A stretch of 13,160 nucleotides of DNA from an uncultured Acidobacteriota bacterium (GTDB taxonomy: Bacteria > Acidobacteriota > Terriglobia > JAJPHL01), in assembly GCA_964601345.1 (NCBI GenBank), contig CAZRND010000135.1, positions 1 to 13,160 of the forward strand. Reading direction: 5' to 3'. Shown piece by piece: positions 6,047-12,353 of the stretch. The notes under the pieces are model-generated. The model was not told the origin of the DNA. It made no database searches and worked only from the letters and a program-made list of their open reading frames with translations. Numbering within the stretch: the stretch's first letter is position 1; every line of letters begins with the position of its first letter. The translations under genes and the position numbers were made by a program.

Positions 6047-8524
6047 TCATTCGTACCGCAGGGCGCGCATCGGGTGGATGCGCGATGCGCGCCAGGCGGG
6101 CACGAAGGCCGCGAGAGCGGCCGCCGCGAACAGCACGACGACGCTCGCGACAAACGCGGTCACGTCCGAGGCACCCACTCCGAACAACTGGCTTTCGACA
6201 TAGCGTCCCGAGAGAATGCCCGCCACAACGCCTGCAGCCAGTCCGAAGATCACGATCGTCATCATCTCCATCACCACCAGGCGAATCACGTTGCCGCGGC
6301 GCGCGCCGAGCGCCATCCGGATGCCGATTTCGCGAGTGCGGCGCGCCACCACGAACGCCAGCACACCGTAGAGTCCCACCACAGCGAGGAGCGTCGCCAG
6401 CAAAGCAAATCCCGTGGAGAGGAACGCCAGCATGCGCTCCTGGCCCAGCCGATTGTTGAGCTGGTCGTCGAGCAGCCGCATGTCGTAGACAACCAGGCTG
6501 GAGTCGACGCGCTTCACCGTCTCGCGGAATTGGTTGAACAATTGCCGCGGATCGCGTTCCGTGCGCGCATACACCTGGATGCTGTTGAAGTTCTTGGCAT
6601 ACGTCCCGGCCAGCGTCACAAAGGTTTGGCGCGGAATCTTCCCGCGCACGTTGTCATAGCGCGCGTTGGCAAAGACGCCGATGATCTCCACGTTCGGCGT
6701 GACTTCCCGACCCTGGCCGATCATCTTTCCCACCGGATTCTCTCCGCTCAGATACTCCTTGACCAGCGCGTCATTCACCAGGCAGCGGGCTTGCTCGGAG
6801 CCCCAATCGTTCCAGGTGAAATCCCGCCCGTTGCGGATGGGGATGCCGAGCGCCGCAAAGTATCCCGGACTCACGGCGTTGAAGTAGCTCCACGGGGTGC
6901 GGCTGTCCTGTGACTTGGCGCCGACCATCGAAATCTGGCTGTCCCAACGTCCGCCCATCAGCAGGCGCGTGGTGTTCGCGCCAACGGCCTTCACGCCGGG
7001 GATGGCCGACAGATTCTCGATCACCGTGCGGAAGGTTTGCAGCTTTCGCGGAGGATCGTACGGCGTGGCGGGCGTGATGCCGAACATCACGACGCTCTCG
7101 GTCTTAAAACCGAGGTCCACATTCTTGAGGTTTTGCAGCGTACGGACGAAGAGTCCCGCCCCGGCGAGCAACATGGTGGAGAGTCCCACTTGCAGGGCCA
7201 CGAGAAATTTGCGCAGGCGCACATGGCTGCGCCCTCCGGCCACCGATCCAGCCTCTTCGCGCAGCGTCATCGCCGCCGGCACGCGCGAGCCCTGCAGTGC
7301 CGGGACGATGCCGAAGATCAGGGCGGTGAGCAGCGTGACCGCGGTCGCGAATGCCAGAATCCGCAAGTCGGGCGTGGCCGAAAGCGTCATGTTCGCTGGA
7401 TCGTAAGGCAGCAGGCTCAATAGTCCGCGCGCCAGCCAGAAGCTGCAGAACAATCCGGCGACGCCTCCCGCTGCTGCCAGCACAAGGCTCTCGACCAGGA
7501 ACTGCCGGGCAAGCCGCGCGCGCGTCGCGCCGAGCGCGGCGCGAACCGCGATTTCCTTCTGTCGCGACGCTGCCCGCGCCAGCAACAGGTTCGCTACGTT
7601 CGCGCAGGCGATCAGCAAGACCAGGCCGACCAGCCATTCGAGGACGATCAGCGGTTGCTCGAAGCGTTCGCGGACTTGCGATTGTCCACGCGACGCGGGG
7701 ATGAGCTTGAAGGTCTGCCGGAGGAACGGCTCGCGCGTATCGGGAAATTTCTGGAAGAACTGGCCGTGAAGCTCGTCTTCCTGTCGCTGGCGATAGACCA
7801 CTTTCATCGCCGTCTCGGCCTGCTCCCTTGTCGTCCCAGGCTTCAGACGCGCGAAGAGATAGAACCAGGAGGTCCGCTCGTTGTCCAGGTCCTCCGGCGA
7901 TGGGTACATCGCGATCGGGACCCAGACGTTGGTGGGGAGTCCGGTGTCGGTGCCTTCGAAATCGGCGGCCGCAACGCCGATCACGGTATACGCCGCGCCG
8001 CGCAGCCGAATCTTGGAACCGACAATCTCCTTTTTCCCGGCAAAGCGCGACATCCAGTAGTTGTATTGCAGCACGACGACGGGATGCCCTCCGCGAGACT
8101 TGTCATCGTCGGGAGTGAGCAGGCGTCCGACATGCGGGCGAACGCCGAGGACGTCGAAGTAGTTGCCGGCGACGAATCCCGCGCCGACCAGTTCGCTGCG
8201 ATCGTCGGCAGTCATGCTGAGGCGGCTTGGATATTGGCCGGTTAGCCCGGAAAAGACCGTATTGTGATCGCGGAAATAAACGTAGAGCGGGTAGGAGAAC
8301 GTGTGAACCCCGTCGCCGTTCTGGCTGCCGAAGCGGCCGCCCTCCATCCGCAACTGCACCAGTTCCTGCGGCTTCTCGACGGGCAGCAGCCGCAGCAGCA
8401 CCTGGTCCACCAGCGTGAACATAGCGGTGTTCGCGCCGATGCCCAAGGCGATCGAGACGATCGCCACCAGGGCCAGAACCGGCGACTTTCGCAGGGACCG
8501 CAAGGCAAGGCGCAGATCCATCAT
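6047..8524 (-). CDS. ABC-type permease with duplicated MacB/FtsX domains and no cognate ATPase (acidobacterial duplicated orphan permease, ADOP-like)
   Basis: 825 aa. The N-terminus MMDLRLALRSLRKSPVLALVAIVSIALGIGANTAMFTLVDQVLLRLLP and the C-terminus RIHPMRALRYE are the stereotyped ends of this family. There are two FtsX-like four-helix modules, each following a large periplasmic domain. No ABC ATPase gene lies nearby. Confidence 0.9.
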   Translation of the reverse strand: MMDLRLALRSLRKSPVLALVAIVSIALGIGANTAMFTLVDQVLLRLLPVEKPQELVQLRMEGGRFGSQNGDGVHTFSYPLYVYFRDHNTVFSGLTGQYPSRLSMTADDRSELVGAGFVAGNYFDVLGVRPHVGRLLTPDDDKSRGGHPVVVLQYNYWMSRFAGKKEIVGSKIRLRGAAYTVIGVAAADFEGTDTGLPTNVWVPIAMYPSPEDLDNERTSWFYLFARLKPGTTREQAETAMKVVYRQRQEDELHGQFFQKFPDTREPFLRQTFKLIPASRGQSQVRERFEQPLIVLEWLVGLVLLIACANVANLLLARAASRQKEIAVRAALGATRARLARQFLVESLVLAAAGGVAGLFCSFWLARGLLSLLPYDPANMTLSATPDLRILAFATAVTLLTALIFGIVPALQGSRVPAAMTLREEAGSVAGGRSHVRLRKFLVALQVGLSTMLLAGAGLFVRTLQNLKNVDLGFKTESVVMFGITPATPYDPPRKLQTFRTVIENLSAIPGVKAVGANTTRLLMGGRWDSQISMVGAKSQDSRTPWSYFNAVSPGYFAALGIPIRNGRDFTWNDWGSEQARCLVNDALVKEYLSGENPVGKMIGQGREVTPNVEIIGVFANARYDNVRGKIPRQTFVTLAGTYAKNFNSIQVYARTERDPRQLFNQFRETVKRVDSSLVVYDMRLLDDQLNNRLGQERMLAFLSTGFALLATLLAVVGLYGVLAFVVARRTREIGIRMALGARRGNVIRLVVMEMMTIVIFGLAAGVVAGILSGRYVESQLFGVGASDVTAFVASVVVLFAAAALAAFVPAWRASRIHPMRALRYE

Positions 8525-8584
8525 GCAGCCTTAGACGACGGATCACGCCCGTGGTAACTCGAAATGTGCCGGTTTTTTCGTCCG

Positions 8585-8953
8585 CTACTTCTCGCGCTTG
8601 GCCGTGGCTTCGCTCGATCCGAAATCGCCGACCTTGCGCGTGAACTTGATCTCGTCGCCGCTCACCTTGCCGGTGTACTCGATGCGAATCTGGTTCCCCT
8701 GGACGTCGAGGATCTCGACGAACGAGATGGTGTCGCCCGAGACCTTGCCTTCCTTGATCTCCTGCGCTCCGCGCGGCGAGGTCGCCGTACCGGTGAGTTT
8801 GTCGCCCGCGGCCTTCAGGTCAAAGGTGTACTTCTGCGGCCCGCGCTGCGTGGTGAACTCCGCGGACCATTTCCCGGTGACATCGGCGGCCGCGGCGGAG
8901 AGCGCGCAGCCCAGAATCAATGCGGCGAGAATCGTGATTTTACGATAAGACAT
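8585..8953 (-). CDS. Small secreted protein with a single copy of the same beta-rich domain found in 5354..6046
   Basis: 122 aa with a signal peptide, MSYRKITILAALILGCALSAAAA|DV. The mature part (GKWSAEFTTQRGPQKYTFDLKAAGDKLTGTAT...DTISFVEIL...IKFTRKV) follows the W-x-G/A...L-x-L...G-x-L...F-x-I...K/R pattern of the tandem repeats. A GAGGAGG SD lies 4 nt before the ATG and a TATAAT lies upstream. Confidence 0.7.
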   Translation of the reverse strand: MSYRKITILAALILGCALSAAAADVTGKWSAEFTTQRGPQKYTFDLKAAGDKLTGTATSPRGAQEIKEGKVSGDTISFVEILDVQGNQIRIEYTGKVSGDEIKFTRKVGDFGSSEATAKREK

Positions 8954-8957
8954 AGAG

Positions 8958-8974
8958 CCTCCTCGGGGATTATA
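8958..8974 (-). promoter_or_regulatory. SD (GAGGAGG) plus perfect -10 hexamer (TATAAT) for the small secreted-protein gene; the TATAAT overlaps the npdG stop codon
   Basis: Minus strand reads ccgggcTATAATccccGAGGAGGctctATG. No good -35 was found, so a -10-only or internal promoter is possible. Confidence 0.4.
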
Positions 8975-9617
8975 GCCCGGTAATGCGCAATCCCGCGGTG
9001 TGGACCTTGTGCTTGATGTTCAGCGTGATGAGCAGCGCGGTGATCTGCTCGACGATGCGGGCGTTCTCGAGGCGGCCGCCGTTCAGCGCGCGGACGCCGG
9101 GGATCAATTGCGCGAGCTCGCTCGCCGCCTGGCGGGCGCGCTCGTCGTCGGAGCAGACAATCACGTCGCCGTCCACGGGACCTTCGCCCTGCAGCAACTC
9201 GGCGGAAAGATTTTGAAACGCCGCCGCCACCGCCACGCCCTTCGGCGCAAGCTCGGCCGCCTGCTGCGCAGCCGATCCTTGCCAGACGCCGAGCGTGCGC
9301 GTCGCTTGCCCGCCGACGGCGGGCGCGAGCGGAACAGTCGCGTCGATCAGGATCGCATCGGGCTTGAAAGCGGGCTTTAGCGCCTTGATTGTCGCGGCGT
9401 GCCCCGCGAAGGGGATCGTCAGCACCACGATGCCGGCCGCTGCTACGGCAGCAGCGTTCTCCATACCGCGGGCGCTGCCAAGCGACGCGGCGGCCTCCTC
9501 GGCGCGCTTCGAGTCGCGCGAGCCGATGATGACGTCTTGTCCCGCGCGCACCCATCGCCGCGCGAGCCCCAATCCTTCCGGGCCCGTTCCTCCCACGACC
9601 GCGATTGTCCCTGGCAT
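8970..9617 (-). CDS. npdG: F420-dependent NADP(H) oxidoreductase (Fno/NpdG family)
   Basis: 216 aa from ATG 9617. The track ORF extends to 10022, but only as Arg/Gly junk antisense to the flavin reductase gene. MPGTIAVVGGTGPEGLGLARRWVRAGQDVIIGSRDSKRAEEAA has the Rossmann GGTGxxG motif. The protein is collinear with archaeal Fno along its whole length, including the C-terminal ...LNIKHK...GLRI. Confidence 0.8.
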   Translation of the reverse strand: MPGTIAVVGGTGPEGLGLARRWVRAGQDVIIGSRDSKRAEEAAASLGSARGMENAAAVAAAGIVVLTIPFAGHAATIKALKPAFKPDAILIDATVPLAPAVGGQATRTLGVWQGSAAQQAAELAPKGVAVAAAFQNLSAELLQGEGPVDGDVIVCSDDERARQAASELAQLIPGVRALNGGRLENARIVEQITALLITLNIKHKVHTAGLRITGL

Positions 9618-9633
9618 GGGGCTATAGTATATT
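9605..9633 (+). promoter_or_regulatory. Candidate plus-strand promoter for the flavin reductase gene: -35 TTGTCC, 17-bp spacer, -10 TATATT. It overlaps the npdG -10 face to face.
   Basis: TTGTCCctggcatggggctatagTATATTttttcccaTTG. The -10 ends 8 nt before TTG 9642. Confidence 0.3.
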
Positions 9634-9654
9634 TTTTCCCATTGCAGCGGCCAA
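9626..9654 (-). promoter_or_regulatory. Sigma70-like promoter for npdG: -35 TTGGCC, 17-bp spacer, -10 TATACT. The -10 ends 8 nt before the ATG, so the transcript would be leaderless.
   Basis: Minus strand reads TTGGCCgctgcaatgggaaaaaaTATACTatagccccATG. There is no SD. Confidence 0.4.
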
Positions 9655-10121
9655 CCCAACAGGAATTCCGCGCGGCCATGGGGCGCTTCGCCACCGGCGT
9701 CACGGTCGTCACCGTGGCGCGGGGCCCGGAACAGGTCCACGGCATGACCGCCAACTCGTTCACGTCCGTGTCGCTCGATCCGATGCTGATCCTGGTCTGC
9801 GTCGGGCGCAACGCGCTGGCGCTCACACTGCTGCGGGCGCAGAAGCGCTTCGGCGTGAACATCCTTGCCGAAGATCAGCGATCGCTCTCCGAATACTTTG
9901 CTCGCACCGAGCAGAACGGCGACGTGCCCTTCGAGCGCACGGCGCAGGGAACGCCACTGCTGAAGACCTGCCTGGCGCGCCTGGAATGCCAGGTGATCGC
10001 GGCGCACGAAGCGGGGGATCACACCATCTTCCTCGGGCAGGTGGAGACGCTGGAAACGCGCGACGGTCGGCCGCTACTCTTCTATAGCGGCGAATACCGC
10101 CAGCTCGACTCAGACAAATAA
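9642..10121 (+). CDS. Flavin reductase-domain protein (FMN-binding split-barrel, HpaC/NADH:flavin oxidoreductase-like)
   Basis: Start TTG 9642 (159 aa) is preferred over ATG 9678. The conserved N-terminal motif QEFRAAMGRFATGVTVVT begins upstream of the ATG. SVSLDPMLILVCV...NILAEDQ...FER is typical of the family. Confidence 0.75.
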   Translation: MQRPTQQEFRAAMGRFATGVTVVTVARGPEQVHGMTANSFTSVSLDPMLILVCVGRNALALTLLRAQKRFGVNILAEDQRSLSEYFARTEQNGDVPFERTAQGTPLLKTCLARLECQVIAAHEAGDHTIFLGQVETLETRDGRPLLFYSGEYRQLDSDK

Positions 10122-10982
10122 ATCTTCGAAACTCTCGACCACGCGCGCGCCGGCCCGGCGCAAGCGATCGACCTTGCCCTGATAGCCGCCGCGACCCGCT
10201 TCGATCATCGCTCCGGCGTGGGAATATCGCGTGCCGCCCGCCGCGGAGCGTCCGCCGATGTAGGCCGTGAGCGGCTTTGTGACCTCGCCGCTTTCGAGCA
10301 ACTCGGCGACCTGTTCCTCCTGCGACGTGCCGATCTCGCCCAGGATCATGATGCTGCCGGTCTCGGGATCGGCTTGGAAGCGGCGCACGCAATCGGCGAG
10401 CGGCATGCCCACGATCATGTCGCCGCCGACGTGCACAATGCTGCTGACGCCGCGTCCCGCGCGGCAGGCGTAGTAGCCCGCCGAAGCGGCGAGTCCGCCG
10501 CTTCGCGACGCGATGCCGACGTCGCCGGGACGGAACCAGGCGCGAGCCGACGCCGCCGATCCGCCCATCATTCCCACGACGGCCTTCCCGGGACTGATCA
10601 CGCCGAGCGTGTTCGGCCCGATGAAGCGGGCGCCCGCCTTGCGGACGGCCGCGTCGATCGCCAGCACGTCGTAGAGCGGAACACGATCGGCGATAAGCGC
10701 CAGGAGCGGAATGCCGGCGGCGATCGCTTCGAGCGCCGCGGGCTTGGCCTGCGGCGCGGGCACGAAGATCGCGCTGACATCGATGGGACCGAGCGCGGCG
10801 ACGGCCTCGCGCGCGTTTTCGAAGACAGGCAGTCCGTGCACGGACTGCCCGCCGCGTCCGGGCGACGAGCCGCCCACGATCCGCGTGCCGTAGTCGAGCA
10901 TCAGCCGCGCGCGCGCCGAGCCCTCGCGTCCCGTGATTCCCTGCACGAGAACTTTCTTCGTCCCGTCAATCAAAATGGACAT
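10110..10982 (-). CDS. sucD: Succinyl-CoA synthetase alpha-subunit-like (CoA-binding, ADP-forming acyl-CoA ligase alpha)
   Basis: 290 aa. MSILIDGTKKVLVQGITGREGS...IVGGSSPGRGG...GLPVF...IFVPAP...GPNTLGVISPG...SRSG...YSHAGAMIEA tracks SucD motif by motif, including the phosphohistidine loop SHAGA. The 3' end overlaps the convergent flavin reductase gene by 12 nt. Confidence 0.85.
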   Translation of the reverse strand: MSILIDGTKKVLVQGITGREGSARARLMLDYGTRIVGGSSPGRGGQSVHGLPVFENAREAVAALGPIDVSAIFVPAPQAKPAALEAIAAGIPLLALIADRVPLYDVLAIDAAVRKAGARFIGPNTLGVISPGKAVVGMMGGSAASARAWFRPGDVGIASRSGGLAASAGYYACRAGRGVSSIVHVGGDMIVGMPLADCVRRFQADPETGSIMILGEIGTSQEEQVAELLESGEVTKPLTAYIGGRSAAGGTRYSHAGAMIEAGRGGYQGKVDRLRRAGARVVESFEDLFV

Positions 10983-11220
10983 GGAGATCGATGCGCGCTC
11001 CTCCGCGGCCTTGATACCAACACTCCACTTCGCACGCCAGGCATTCGATGCAGCGCCCGCGCGCCGCTTCTTCTCGCGTGATGTTCAACACGGGCAGGCC
11101 GTCCTTCGCGCTGAGAATCTGCGGGACGCATTCGGTGATGCAGGCCTTCGATTCACAATCGCGGCAAACGTCGTGATCGAAGGTGATCGTTCCCGTCCGC
11201 GTTCGAAAGAAATAGATCAT
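10966..11220 (-). CDS. Small ferredoxin-like protein with two [4Fe-4S]-type Cys clusters
   Basis: 84 aa from ATG 11220. The track ORF extends upstream as Arg-rich junk. The clusters are CRDCESKACITEC (CxxCx4Cx3C) and CIECLACEVEC (CxxCxxCx3C). The start overlaps the sucC-like stop as ATGA. The 3' end overlaps the sucD-like start by 17 nt. Confidence 0.6.
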   Translation of the reverse strand: MIYFFRTRTGTITFDHDVCRDCESKACITECVPQILSAKDGLPVLNITREEAARGRCIECLACEVECWYQGRGGARIDLHVHFD

Positions 11221-12353
11221 CCGATCAACTCCCGCAGGCGGCGGGCGCAGAATTCTGCCGTCGCGTCGGCGCCATAAGCCTCGACCGGCACGGGCGCCTC
11301 CGCCGCATAACGGCGCATCACGGCGATCGCGCGCTCCTCGCCGTTTCCACCCAGTCGCACGACGGCCGGAACCGTGAGCGGCGCTTCTCGAAAAGCTTTC
11401 ACCAGACCACGAGCGTGATGGAATTGCTCCTGGCTGGCGACTCCCGCGCCGGAGAGAAAATATCCGCGTAGGCCGGGCTGCGCCAAAATGATCCGCGCGG
11501 CGCGATAAACCTTCGAGGCCGGCGGATTCCCGCTCGTATCGGCGAAGTTCGCCGGGCTGAGGCCTTCGGCTACGGCGGCGTCGAGGCTGGCCATCGATCC
11601 GCCGCCGCCCAATCCATGAAAGCCGATACGGATGCCCGGCGCGGGATTCGCCGTCTCGACGAAATAGAAGGTCCCGCGATAGTCGTCCTTCTCGACGTCC
11701 CAGGCGATGCGCTCGAGCGCGGTGGGCGGATGGCCGAGTTCCCGCGCCACGTCGATTCCCAACTCCGGATGCCGGAAAACGGCGTAGTCGTCGACGCGCA
11801 TGCGGCAGTCGAGGGCCACCCAACGTCCGTCCTCGGTGAGCGCGAGCGGATTGATCTCGGCGGTGTGCGCCTCGCAGGCGCGCGCCGCGCGAGCCAGCTT
11901 TTCGAGCACATCGGCGGCGCCGGCGGGTACCGCGGCTGGCGTTCCTTTCAGCGCCTCGGCCAGGTCGCCGATCGCCAGACGCGTGATCGAGTCCGCGCGA
12001 TCTTCGATGCCGCTGCCTCCCGCGCGACTGAAGAGCAGCACGGGGCCGCGCGCGCGATCGTCCACCATGTATCCCGCGTAGTATTCGTGAACGATCGGCA
12101 AACGCTCTTCGACCAACACGGGACCGTCCGTCTCGAGGAAAGCATCTTCTGGAGAATTCGCAAAGCGAATCAGTCCGGCGCCGGCGCGATTCGTCGTCGC
12201 CACTTGCGCTTTCACGACGACGGGCAGTCTCAAAGTCCGGGCAGCTTCGCGGGATTCATCGCGGTTGCGGCAGAGCACTCCCTTGGGCACGGCGATGCCG
12301 TGATCCCGCAGGATTTGCTTGCCCTGATATTCGGTCAGGCTAGCCACGGACAA
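11217..12353 (-). CDS. sucC: Succinyl-CoA synthetase beta-subunit-like (ATP-grasp) protein, divergent
   Basis: 378 aa. The start is TTG 12353, or GTG 12347 giving MASLTEYQGKQ. LTEYQGKQILRDHGIAVP and VVKAQV...EINPL...GGNGEE are collinear with SucC. The canonical KAQVHAGGRGKAGGV loop is replaced by KAQVATTNRAGAGLI. A GGAG lies 4-10 nt upstream, inside the mfd 3' end. Confidence 0.8.
   Translation of the reverse strand: MSVASLTEYQGKQILRDHGIAVPKGVLCRNRDESREAARTLRLPVVVKAQVATTNRAGAGLIRFANSPEDAFLETDGPVLVEERLPIVHEYYAGYMVDDRARGPVLLFSRAGGSGIEDRADSITRLAIGDLAEALKGTPAAVPAGAADVLEKLARAARACEAHTAEINPLALTEDGRWVALDCRMRVDDYAVFRHPELGIDVARELGHPPTALERIAWDVEKDDYRGTFYFVETANPAPGIRIGFHGLGGGGSMASLDAAVAEGLSPANFADTSGNPPASKVYRAARIILAQPGLRGYFLSGAGVASQEQFHHARGLVKAFREAPLTVPAVVRLGGNGEERAIAVMRRYAAEAPVPVEAYGADATAEFCARRLRELIG

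Noticed and set aside
4500-8546. Large antisense or alternative-frame ORFs (4500..5315 -, 5764..6459 +, 6074..6913 +, 7104..7637 -, 7655..8245 +, 8103..8546 -)
   Set aside because: All lie inside genes with strong family signatures on the other strand or frame. Their composition is Arg/Ala/Gly/Pro-rich and they lack SDs or sensible starts.
8557-8582. cgaaatgtgccggttttttcg: a T-run that looks like an intrinsic terminator
   Set aside because: It is on the plus strand with no upstream plus-strand gene, and the stem is only ccgg plus AT pairs. On the minus strand, where the genes are, it reads as an A-run, so it is not a terminator. It is more likely plain spacer between the small secreted-protein gene and the permease.
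9618-10022. N-terminal 135-aa extension of the npdG ORF (track 8970..10022)
   Set aside because: The extension is antisense to the flavin reductase gene and is compositionally junk. MPGTIAVVGGTG at 9617 matches the family start and has a promoter immediately upstream.
11221-11823. N-terminal 200-aa extension of the ferredoxin ORF (track 10966..11823) and ORF 11616..12422 (+)
   Set aside because: These are Arg-rich translations overlapping the sucC-like gene. The Cys-cluster protein begins cleanly at ATG 11220 with an ATGA overlap.
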